Part shown: positions 1 through 12,250 of the stretch, piece by piece
Numbering within the stretch: the first letter of the stretch is position 1
Layout: each line of letters opens with the position of its first letter
Source: Chrysomallon squamiferum
Taxonomy: Eukaryota > Animalia > Mollusca
Assembly: GCA_012295275.1 (NCBI GenBank)
Contig: CM022668.1
Coordinates: 8,804,001 to 8,868,000, forward strand
Length of the DNA stretch: 64,000 nt
Direction: 5' to 3'
Notes under the pieces: model-generated
Told to the model about the DNA's origin: nothing
The model's database searches: none
What the model saw: the letters and a program-made list of their open reading frames with translations, nothing else
Translations under genes and position numbers: made by a program

Positions 1-793
1 ACACAGGGAGAAAATGAGCAGGCACAATTAACAGGTTTCTGTTAATAAAAATACTCTAACATTTCTATTCTCAGCTCTTGCATCTTTAAAAAATAAAAAT
101 ATAAATAAGAGCTTTTACTTTTAGACCCTTTGTTGTATTTAGATTTGCCTGCACACATAAATGTATAAAATGATTATATAGACAAGTGGACATATATATA
201 CAATTAATATGATAGAAAAGAAATGGCATTTTTTTTTTTTTACTAATAATATTATGCTTGACCTCATACAAATCTCATACAGATAAAATACAGGATAATA
301 CACATCACATGCAAATGTAACTAAAACAATTAACAGGTCTTTATTGTGATTATTTTGATCACTTCCACCTATTATTATTATTATTATTATTCTTATTATT
401 ATTACTACTACTACTACAAACCTGTCATCATTTCAGTTATAAACAGCTGACTGCCACATGGTCCTGAACGTGTTGAGATCTCCGAGTCTTCAATAATCCA
501 AGGCAAAGAGACACAGGCCACTTACAATCGACTGCCTGTAACCTGTCTCTCCCTCTCTCTCTCTCTCGCTCGCTCTCTCTCTCTCTCACACACACACTCT
601 CTGTGAATGTGGAGGTCTAATGGACCTATTTGGTCAGCGAGGCGTGAGTTATATCGAGTGGTGAAACATTGCCTCTCGCTCACTCGCTCACTCAAAACGT
701 TTCATGTTCTCACACACAAAGAATGGGTTTCCCAGCACAGTTCAGCGACTGCTGCTAGCGAGATTCCGCGAGAAAGCAGTTTGGGCAAATGTA

Positions 794-1490
794 GATGATG
801 ATTGTATGGTGATAACGATGATGATGATGATTATATCATTACAGTGACAAATGTTATATAATCATTATGATAATGATGATAGTGGTGGTGGTGGTGGTGG
901 TAATGATGGTGAATGGAAAATGGCTGGAAAATGGCAATGATGATGATGATTATGATTAAAGAAAAGAGATGAATGTGATGATAGTGCTGGTAAGCTTGTA
1001 TGATGATCAGGATGATGATGATGGATAAAATGAAAAAATGAATGTTGATATGATGATAGTGGTAGTAATGATCATCATCATCATCATTAAAATGAAGAGA
1101 TGAACATTGATGATGTGATGATAATGGTGATGAGGTTGGATCAGATGATGATGAATGTTGATGATTAGGCAGTGGTAAAGATGAGAGATAATGATGATGA
1201 TGATTAAAATGAATATTATTGATGATTAAAATGAAGAAATGAAAATTAATGATGTGATGATAGTGGTGGTGAGGTTGGATCAGATGATGATAACAATGCA
1301 GAGATGAATGTTGGCGATATGACAGTGGTAGAGATGAGAGATGATGAGGACGATGATGATTAAAATGATGACGATGAATATTATACTGTTAGTAGTATTA
1401 ATTAGTGATGGCAGAACTAGTAAGAATGATAATTAGGGAACTGAGTTATACTGATATCAATGACTTTGATGATCATCATGATGATAATTA
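794..1490. repeat. Degenerate (GAT)n/(GGT)n low-complexity tract with internal duplications
   Basis: Repeated gatgatgat, plus a duplicated 'gaggttggatcagatgatgat' at ~1132 and ~1271. Confidence 0.9.
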
Positions 1491-2002
1491 GGTTTGAAAA
1501 TATGACAATTTGTGTGAAATGGGTTCTGTTTTGCAGACTGCTTACTTTTTGGAAATTATTTTTTGAACAAAAAATAAAAAATGTAAAGAAAGTGGCTTAG
1601 TTTTCATCCAACATTAAAATTATATTCTGAAATGATCAGAAGAGAAAGAGAGAGATAGCAAATTAACAAACAAAAAAGTTTCAAAACTAAATAAAATTAT
1701 AATTAATAATTAAATTCCAATATTTTTCCCTTTTTTATTTTTATTATTTTATTTTTTTAATTTTTTTTTTTTTTAATTTGATGAATATTGTATTTTTAAA
1801 ATTTTGCCATAACATCTTAACCACTAACTAAATAAAATTTTATACATTATATGGATATATTATCCATTATTATTTATTTATTTATTGTTGTTATTATTGT
1901 TATTATTAATATTACTTTTTTTTTTTTTTTTTTTTTTTAAAATACAAACATTTTCAGAAAAGACAATAATTTCAGATTCAAATCTTTTGTTACGTTCACT
2001 TA

Positions 2003-2041
<39 letters not shown>

Positions 2042-5000
2042 GCTAACCTTCCAGTGGGCAGATCACTTTTATTTAGTAATTACTTTTTCCTTTCACACAC
2101 TACATCATCACCCATCATCCAGACAACCCTCATCCCCTATGGATCATCTTCCCCACCCCCACAGTCTACCCTCACACCTTCCTTCCAACACACCACAAAT
2201 GAAATTTTTTTTTTTTTTTTTTTAAAAGCATAAAAATTTCTAAATTAAAAACAAATTTTTTTTTTTTTAAATTTTTTTTAAAAATCAATTCTACCAGCAT
2301 TTCTTTAAAATATCCAATCATAATTCCAGCAGTGACAGCTTTATCAATGAAAACGCCTGCATCATGTAACCATAGTTACAGAATGATGATCTGTGCACGT
2401 TCTTCTTTTTCATTATGTTTTTTTTTTTTTTTTTTCCCCATTCTCTTCTAGAATCAATCGTTCACAATTTCTCAGTAATTTGACAGCAGTGGAATCATAT
2501 GCTGTGACCTGATTTTCATTCCCGTGAACTGACCTTGTAATAGATTTCTGCTTTGCCTAATTAATTTATAACTCAAGCTATCCAACAAAACAGGGCTTTA
2601 TGTAATGGTGAGGCAATTTTTTTCCTTAAAAATTATCCAAAAACGACGGAATCGAATTTGAATTTATCCAAATTGAATGAACAGGGATGAATACTTTTTA
2701 TTAAATTGTGGAAAGCAGAGAGAGAGAGAGAGAGAGCAGAAAAATATTAAAAATGATTAAGTGAATGTAATCGCACAGGCTGACGTTTATATTTATTTTA
2801 ACATAATGTCAGCATGAGTTACTGAAAATAGATTGAAGTATATATCAAGCTGTATCTGAGTTGATCAAGTGTTTCAAATAAATGACATTAGTTTTAGCTA
2901 TATGTTATGTAGGGGAATGAGATAAAAAATAAATATAAAATTATATTCTCCAGCGTAAAGTGCATCTGATTTTAAATAAATACATTATAGTCAAATGAAG
3001 TGTTTTATATTGGTGAATCTGTACAGTTGTTCTATAGATTGTTTGTGTGTATGTGTATGTTTCTTTTGTATAGGTTTGTATATGTGTGTGTGTGTGTGTG
3101 TGTGGGTATATCTAAGTGTGTATATCAGTATAGACATGTGTGTGCTGATGCACTGTGCATGTGCATGCACGTGTATGTGTGTGATAGTATATGAATGTGT
3201 AACTCACCAGAGAAAACACACCAACTGATACATTATTCTTACTTATCAGCTGACACAGTTGACAAACTCATCAATGAAAAAAACCTCAACGAGATTGAAC
3301 ATATAACTTCTTATCAACTGACACAATGCATTAAGCCTGACGACCAGTCTGAGATTGGAGGATTTGACAAACCGGCTCAAACTGATACTAGCTCAGCAGG
3401 ATCTGATTTCAACATGGATGATTCCAATATCAAACAAGTCTCTGTGACTGTTCCCTCCACTGTCCACAGAAAGGCAATTAACAGAGCACCGCAGAGGAGG
3501 AGAGTACATCACAGAAACAAATATGTCGTAAAGATGTCTGCCCACACTGCATTCTATTCAGTGTGGATGTTGAAGTAATTGAATGAAACGGCTACAACTT
3601 TTGCAAAGATGTGTTTAATAAGAAAAAGGGCAACAGTTTAAGAATTTGAAAATAAAAATAATTAAATAATTTTTGAAAATATTTTAGATACTAGTATTAT
3701 TAATGAAAAGAACAATATATGGTCAATGAGATTTATGATATATATATATATATATATACATAAGAACCACTGAAAAAAGTCATAATGAACCAAATTAATA
3801 ATAATGAGATTTGGGATAATTTACTTATAACAATTCCACATATCCCTTAATGTTAAAACACACAGTTTAGAAAATTTCATTCACCGTCTTTATCAATAGG
3901 TTTATTTAGAAAGATTTACCTGGAAGAAAAACAATATTATTATTTCTAAGTATTAACAAATATATAGATTTTTTTTAAAAGATTATTTATTTTATTATAA
4001 TGTTTATTATTTTAAATCTATATTCCTTTTTTCTTCTTCTGTTTCTTTAAAAGTTTCATTCTGTTGTAGTAGTACTAGTAAAGTAGTGATGATGATGATG
4101 AAAAATAAAAAAATAAATAAATAAAAAATAAAATAAAACAGAACAAAAGGAATTCCACAAAGTGTTAGCAAATTAACCCTTTTTAACGTCATCCGCTTCT
4201 GAGTGATTTTCTGAAAGCCTCGATATAAAACAATTACAATAATTATTTCATTTAATTTTTATTTTATTTTACGAGTGTCATGCCTTGCACTCACTTGACT
4301 TAGCTGACAAATTAACAAATTCAGCCACATTTTTCACATTCTATTGTAACATCACAGTTGTGTCATTATTTTTCTGATCCTTGGCCGGGTTGAATCCAGA
4401 TTTTAATAATACCTTACCCCACCAATCCAGTGCACATCTCTCTCATTTAATAATTTTGTGTCAGAATAATTTTTTCACAATTAGCTCCCCACCACTTGAC
4501 AGAATTAGAGAGCTGGCCAGGGGGGACAACTAGCTCACTGACAGGAACTTGAAAGAGTGTGGAGAGGGGCCTTATAAGGGTAGTGATGAAATTTTAATAT
4601 TTAACTGCTATATAAAGGAGAAACGGAATATTAACATGATCCAAGTGTTGATATTTTCAAGACTGTTTATAAACATAATAGTTTTGTTTTATATATAAAA
4701 CAGATGTGTTTGTGATACATGTGCTAATACCAGCCTCTGCATGCTTTAATCTTAATTCCCCATTCCAGACAGGTCCCATAACTGTTTCAGTTTTAAGTAT
4801 ATTTTCCTAAAGATAAAAAACATGCATATAAAAGTATCCCTTTCTGCTTGTTCAAAAATATTTGCTGTGTTGTGGTGCAACCTATGGTTTCTTCTTTTAC
4901 TTGATCCTTTAAAAGACCATTTGTTTAATAACTATTTATCATTAACATTAAAATGTACAACAGAAATGTTAAAGATATATTCTCTTCAATCAGTGTAAAG

Positions 5001-5670
5001 AAAACTAACTCTCTCTTTTACACTGAAGTGACAAATCTTTTTTTTTTAATGATGTCAAATTGAGTTCTTCATTAAACACAACCCAACAATTCAAACACAT
5101 GCATCACCATCCATTAAAAACATCATTACATTCCAACCCAAAGAGAACCCCTCCCTAGCCTGATCCGCAACAAATTTAATAACACTGAGGTTAATGGCAA
5201 AGAGAGAGAGACACGGAGAAATCAGAAAAAATTATTTAATTATATAACTTGTTCACAAAGAAAATCATTTTTTTCAATTTGGCCATTTCGGTTGTATAAT
5301 TTATAAATTGACGTTATTGCGCCAAACGTGATTACAGCCCGTAAACAAACAGTATTAAACTGATACCATGTAACCAGATTAGCGCAGAATGTGACATTGT
5401 CATAGTCGTAGATTAACGACATGAGAGATACTTGTGGTAAGATGTGATTATTTCTAAGCAAAAATCAAACTGAAACATGACGGGAGATTTCCCAGATGTA
5501 CGAAATAGTTTAATAAAGTTTACAGTAACGTGATTAATCAAAATAGAAAAAAAGGATTAAAATTAATCTTAATAATTGAAAAAATAATAATACATTTTTT
5601 TTTTTTTTTTAAACTTTACTGAAAGCATTGAAAACCACCATGTCATTTAAATAATAATAATAATTATAAT

Positions 5671-5711
<41 letters not shown>

Positions 5712-7708
5712 TACTGATAACATAATAACAATAACAAATAATCAAAATAATAATAATAATAATAACATTGATAATATAATAACAACAATAACAGAAACAA
5801 CAACAATAATAGTACTAATAATAATAATAATGTTATTAAATTATCAATTTTTTTTAGACAAATATTTACGTCATAAAGATTAAATTATTTTAATGTATAG
5901 ATAATAGACAGAAAGATCGATGTATGGATGAATGAATGAATTAATGGACAAATGAACAGAACATCTGTTACACTGGCAGACTGAGTCAAAAAACAGAAAG
6001 ATACAATACAATGAAATATTTAAGCCATATAGTACTTAAGCATACAGTACCTATATCAATTATATAAACCAAATTATCATCAGCTGAACAAATTTGCTGA
6101 TTTACCAAATAACTAATAACAAAGAAGAAACAAAAAACAACAACAAAAAAAACAAACAAAAAGTTGCCAAATCAGACAGTAATAACAGTAACACAGTTCT
6201 GTTTTGACTGAAGCCAAACAGTAGACTGAATCAACAGCGACACAACTGACTATGTAAGTCAGTTTGAGTGATTAGAATAAAATGAATGGAAAAACCTGTG
6301 GACTGTTCCTAACAGTACAACAACACCTGATAAAAACTGACCACAACACCTGTCCAGCCAGAAACTGACCACACACCTGTCAGGTGAGTAAACGATCTAT
6401 TTTCATCTACTACATTCATTATCAGCTGTATGTGAAATGAATTCATTAATTTTTTTTTTTTTTTTTTTACCGTGCGTTAATTGCTGAACAGGTTTCAAAA
6501 AAAAAGAAAGAAATGAAGAAATAAAATTTAAAAAAAAAAAAAATAAATAAAATAAAGAAAGGCTGTGTAATATTCAAGCATTCACAGGCACAAAATTCAT
6601 TTCTTTTACTGAATTTTTCACCACTTTTATTTTCATTTCATTTTTTATTTATTTTTCTTTTATTTTTGGTTTTTTATATTTTACATATTTCTTCATTAAT
6701 ATCTGCATTAAAGCAAACCTAATTACTCAGATGTTTTTGACTATTTCTTTCACTCACAGCAAATTTGTCAGGAAACCAAATAAAAACAACTTTCCAACGA
6801 ACATTAATCTTTATAACCAAATAACTTCTGACAAATATTGTCCGTATTAATGAGAAACGAACCTACTGTCCATTTGTATGGCTGTGTGTGTGTGTGTGTG
6901 TGTTATCTCACACCAACCACGAATGCACATGAAGAAGAACCAATAACATTTACCATTCAACAGAGTGTGGTTTTCATTTCGGGTCACGTTTGTTTGTTTG
7001 GAACTGGTGGTACGGAAAATATTCTCGGAAATCGAAATCCAGGATTATCAAGACTCAATTACATTGTGATAAATCAAGACTAATGAGGAAAAGATTTCTG
7101 TTAAGTGAATGACAGGAAATGCAAGCAATACTTCAGTGAATGACTGGATGAGATACTTTTCCACTGGGAAGAAAATTAAAAAACTGCTTTGAAGATGGAA
7201 TATTGATAGTTTTTATCCATGACTAGTAATACTAATTTTTTTTTTTTTTTTTACACTACTGATTTAGCATTTGGTTTGCCAACAATGCTGTCTCCCATTA
7301 GTCACACATCCCTTTAACTACATAACACTATCTTCCTATTTGGTGCACACTGTGATTAACTTTCACAAATAACTCCAAAAAGACTTTAAGGAAGAGACAG
7401 ATTTTAGTCCAGTGAGAAAACAAAGAAAACAGCACAGTTAATAACAAAATGCTGTTAAAATAATTATTTCTAATCATGAATAATGTTCAAGCCTGACACA
7501 GAGAGAGTGTTATCTCCCAACATATACTTTCTTCAGTCTGAATACTGAATAAAATTCAATGCAATGCTGTCAGGTCTCAAAACTCCTTCACATGCTAAAA
7601 TGTTACATGAACAAACAGACACTGCCATTGTGAGAAATAATCTAACTGCTAATACATCAGTGTGGCATGACAACAAAGGATTAAGAGAGATTATCTAAGA
7701 AATCCTAC

Positions 7709-7837
7709 CTGTGCGTAGTTACGTTCACTTTTAAGTCTGGCCACCTCCCTCTGTAACTTAGCAACCATCCGTCTTGACGTCTGCTTTTCATCAGCCAGCT
7801 GCCGAGTCAAATCTTCAACCTTTTTCTCCATAGTTTC
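7709..7837 (-). CDS. NCKAP5: Internal coding exon (43 codons, phase 0/0), coiled-coil, NCKAP5-like N-terminal region
   Basis: Minus strand reads ...ttacAG|GAAACTATG...TACGCACAG|GTAGGA. The exon is 129 nt, has an open frame and higher GC than its flanks, and encodes ETMEKKVEDLTRQLADEKQTSRRMVAKLQREVARLKSERNYAQ with a heptad pattern. It resembles human NCKAP5 EYMDSNKYIEHLLTQLEEQHRSLWREKLAVARLQREVAQRTSE (recalled from memory, not searched). Exon status is more certain than the orthology. Confidence 0.7.
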
Positions 7838-7840
7838 CTG

Positions 7841-8200
7841 TAATAGTAATAACAGTAATAGTAATAATAGTAATAGTAATAACAGTAATAGTAATAATAG
7901 TAATAACAATAGTAATAGTAGTAATAGTAATAATAGTAATTATAATAATAGTAATAGCAATAGTAATAATTGTAATAATAGTAATAGTAATAGTAATAAT
8001 AGTAATAGTAATAATAAAAATAACAATATTATTAATAATAATAATAATCAAATAATAATGATACTAATAATAATAAAAATAATAATAGTAATGATACTAC
8101 TACTAATAATAATGATAATAGTAATAATAATAGTAATAATAATAATAATAATAGTAGTAGTAGTAATAGTAGTAGTAGTAATAATAATAGTAATAGGAAC
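7841..8200. repeat. (AAT/AGT)n trinucleotide tract abutting the exon acceptor
   Basis: Continuous aatagtaat repeats starting immediately at the 3' splice site. Confidence 0.95.
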
Positions 8201-9422
8201 AGGAATAACATAAGTAGTAGCAGCAGCAGCAGCAACAGCAGTTATAACAATAACTGTGACCTTAATGATATTCAAAATGATGACAATAATAACGTAAATA
8301 ATAATAATACAATAATGATGATGATAACAATAACAAATATAACATTAACAGAAGTAACAGTTGCGAAAAGAAGAAGAAGAATTTGTATGCCAAGAACAAA
8401 CTGGTATTTATAATGTCAAGAATTTGCCTGGTCAGTTTGGAAAATCTGACACAGACAAACCTTTGTCCAAACAATCACACAAACCAGTGCTTGTTGCACT
8501 GATTAAAAACTGCAAAACTTTGTGATTTATCAGCCAGGCTGCTGTTCCCAAAACGAAAATGTTGTGAAATTTCAATCTAGACAGGAGTAAAGGTGAAATG
8601 GAAATTCACACAAAAACACAATCGGAAACACTGACAAATTTGTATCAGGTTTGAGTTACACGTTACTCTGTGAATGGATGTATCTGAAGGTTTGTGGAGG
8701 GTTTGTTTTTTTATTGGGATTTTTTGAAAAATGAAATATGTTTATTTATTTTTTGTTATTGTTCATGCTTTTTTTATTTTTTTTTTTCAGGGGATATGTT
8801 TTTTTTAGATTTTGGTGTCATTTGTTGTAGGGGATTATTATAAAAAAATTTTTTTTTTATTTTAAATTGGTTTTTCATTGTTGGTTTTGTGTTGTTTTTA
8901 TTCTTTCTTATTTTGGGGAATTTTTTTAGCTGCTTTGTTCATAATTCACAGATTTGTCAAAACTACAGTGCTGTATATGTTTTTATATTTACTGAAGAAA
9001 ACTTTTAAAAGTGATTGAAAAAAAGGTTATAATTTTCTTTCTTTTTTTAAATATTTTATTAATCTTATTTAAAAAATTATACTGAACTAATAACGTATGA
9101 ATGAATGAAAGAATGAAATTAAATGTTGAAGATGGAAAAAAAATAAAAAGTAAATAAAAAAAAGTAAAATATCACCGGTTGTTTCTATGGCAACACAATA
9201 AAAATCGTGAACAGCAAATGCAGACAAACTGATTTCTACGAAACAAGAAACTGATATAGTCAGTGGAATGGAATTTAATAAACGTGGACACACATAAAAG
9301 AAAAGGGGAAAAGTTTTTAAATCAAATTTTATGATGCTGATGGTGACAAGACAAAATACAGATTTCAAAATGGCAGCAAAGCAAAGGAAAGCACTTAGTA
9401 AATTTAACCGAAAGAATGAAAT

Positions 9423-9453
<31 letters not shown>

Positions 9454-9789
9454 CAAGAAGAAGAAAGAAGGAAAAAAGAAAAGGAAAATGTTTTTTTTTT
9501 TTAATCAGATAAAAAAATATAAAAAATTAAAATGAAAATAATCAGTATCAAAATACTTCCTTTTATATATTATTATTATTTTTACTTATTTTATATTTAT
9601 TTATTTTATTTTTATTTTTTTCTTTGTTCTGCAATATGTAAATTAGTTACTGATTCAACAAAGACCAGGTAGAAGTCAGATGAAAATTATAAAAGATACA
9701 TGGAAATTTAATTGCATATGTATGAAAGGTTTTCATAAGAATCAAGTAAATAAGTTGAAATATTTTAAATATTTTAATTATTAAAAAAA

Positions 9790-9869
<80 letters not shown>

Positions 9870-9905
9870 TAATAATAAAAATAATAATATTAATAATAAC
9901 AATAA
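9790..9905. repeat. (AAT)n microsatellite
   Basis: Direct reading. Confidence 0.95.
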
Positions 9906-10466
9906 TGGTGACAGTAACAGCAGCAGCAACAGCTGAAACAACAGTAATAGCAAAAAGGTGGTTGTGTCAGTAGTAGTAGAAGTTGTTGTAGAAGCACCAG
10001 AAGTAGTAATCTATCTATCTATCTAAATATCTATATTTATTTGCTTATTTATTTATTTATTTATTTATTTATTGTTTTTCATCTGTTTGTTCGTTTACTA
10101 AACAAGTAAAGAGGAAAAGCTTTTCAACGTCTCTGAACTGACGCGGTGCTGTCGTTGATCACTACTTAACGCAATCACTGCATCACATCGTCACGCACTG
10201 CCGATGCCTAACACAGTGATGTGGTCTCCGATGATCAATAAAATAAGATTTGAAAGCTTCACGGTATGATTAAGTTGATCAGCAGCCATCCGGTTATGAG
10301 TGTTACCTATTCAGCGACTGATGAAGATGAGATAGGGTCAGTTAGCAAGCAAAGAGAATTCACACTGTAGTTAATTATCACTGATAGATTGTTTACGTTC
10401 TCTGGTAATCAAAGGATGCTGGGCAATCATTGGGGTGTCTCAGGCTTCCCTAATGTTTATGGAATC

Positions 10467-10790
10467 GGATGGATGGATGGATGGATGCATGCATGGATGG
10501 ATGAAGGAATGTATGGATGGATGAATGGATGGATGGATGGATGGATGGATGAAGGGAGGGCTACAGGTATGTGTGTGTTTATGTATATATGAGTATGTGT
10601 ATATATGTGTGTGTCTCTGTGTGTGTGTGTGTGTGTGTGTGTTTGTGTTTGTGTATGTTTATATTTATGTATATATGAATGTGTGTGTGTTTAACTGTGT
10701 TTGGATATATGTATGTATGTGTGTGTGTAAATATATATATTTTTTTTATATATCAGTGTGTGAGTTTAACTGTTTGGATGTATGTATATA

Positions 10791-10851
<61 letters not shown>
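10467..10851. repeat. (GGAT)n followed by (TG)n compound microsatellite
   Basis: Direct reading. Confidence 0.9.
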
Positions 10852-10854
<3 letters not shown>

Positions 10855-11979
10855 CAAACACAAATAAACACATTTAAAAAAAACACTAAATGAAATAATC
10901 ATGCAGTTAAAAAAAGACAAGAAAACCCTGAAGACTAACAAACTACTCTTTACCCCCAGCATTCTTACACAAACATAACTTTCAAAAAAAACACACACAT
11001 TTCAAATCTCTTCTGTCATTCCGATGTCAAAAAGAAAAGAAAATCTGTACTCCTGTACTACCAAAAAGTCACGAAATTTCACCAAAGGGTATTCAATTAT
11101 GAACATTAAACACATCAAACTCTGCAATTCCCTGCTCCAGAGATAACTCCGAGAATGCATGTGAGTTAATCAGGTGTGACAGATAATGATCAAGACTATT
11201 TCTGCACTCTGCTGCTGCCATTGTGCGATTCCAGCAAACTGAGTCGTTTAGGAATATGAGATTGCGATTCAATCAATTTCTCCACACACTTTCAACATGT
11301 GTTAAATGTTGCTCCTGTGATGATGCTGTGCTGAATAGCTGTTAGGTCTGCTTTTAAAGAAGGAAGGAAGGAGAAAAAGGGGAAGAGATTTAGAATGGGA
11401 AAAAAAAAAAAAAAGAGAACGAGAGAAGGTGTGAGAGGAAGAGGAAGTAACAGTATGAATGAGAGAAAAATTTAGAAAGAAAGAGAGTACGTATTTATTT
11501 CAAAAAAATTTCATAAATAAGTTTTGATGAGATGGGATTAGAAAGATACTCATGAATGTTACACTTTTTCACTTAACTCACAAATTTATCAATTTTTATT
11601 TATTTAATAACTCATTTTTTTTTATCATGTTTGCATAAAATTTTAAAAAAGAAAAAAATCAATTTTAATTAACTGATTCAATATCTTTCTTCATACCAGT
11701 TTATAATTTAAAAAAAAAAAAAAAAAAAACTAATACTAACACAGATAATGAATGAACTAGTTTAATCGGAACAGTAAACATTTTGTCATCTCAAATCATC
11801 AATCAAATTATCTTATGTTTACATCTTTCCTGTTGATGGAAAACTGTCAGTTAATAAATCAAACTTACTAATTGATGTCACCATAATAATTGAGTAAAAG
11901 TTGCTTTTTTTTTTTAGCTAAACAGAAATGTACAAATTACCATCAGCATAATAACAAGATTAAACATGGCATCTCTCAG

Positions 11980-12250
11980 GAAACTCAAACTTACAAATTT
12001 TCATCAGAATAGTAATAAAAATTTCTGTATCTTTCAGTAAACTCCATTAGTAATAAAATTTCAGTAAAAACTCAAAATTTCCAACAGAATAGTAATAAAA
12101 ATTTCTGTATCGTTCAGTAAACGTAAGCTTATAAATTTCCATCAGAATAGTAATAAAAATTTCTGTATCTTTCAGTAAACTCAAGCTTACAAATTACCAT
12201 GACATAATAAAAACTGTAGATCTTTCTGCTAAACTCAAACTTACAAATTA
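11980..12250. repeat. Degenerate tandem repeat, core catcagaatagtaataaaaatttctgtatctttcagtaaac
   Basis: Near-identical cores at ~12002, ~12082 and ~12140, with decayed flanking copies. Confidence 0.85.

Noticed and set aside
10143-10156. REST/RE1-like half site GGTGCTGTC
   Set aside because: Only a half site, and REST is known mainly from chordates.
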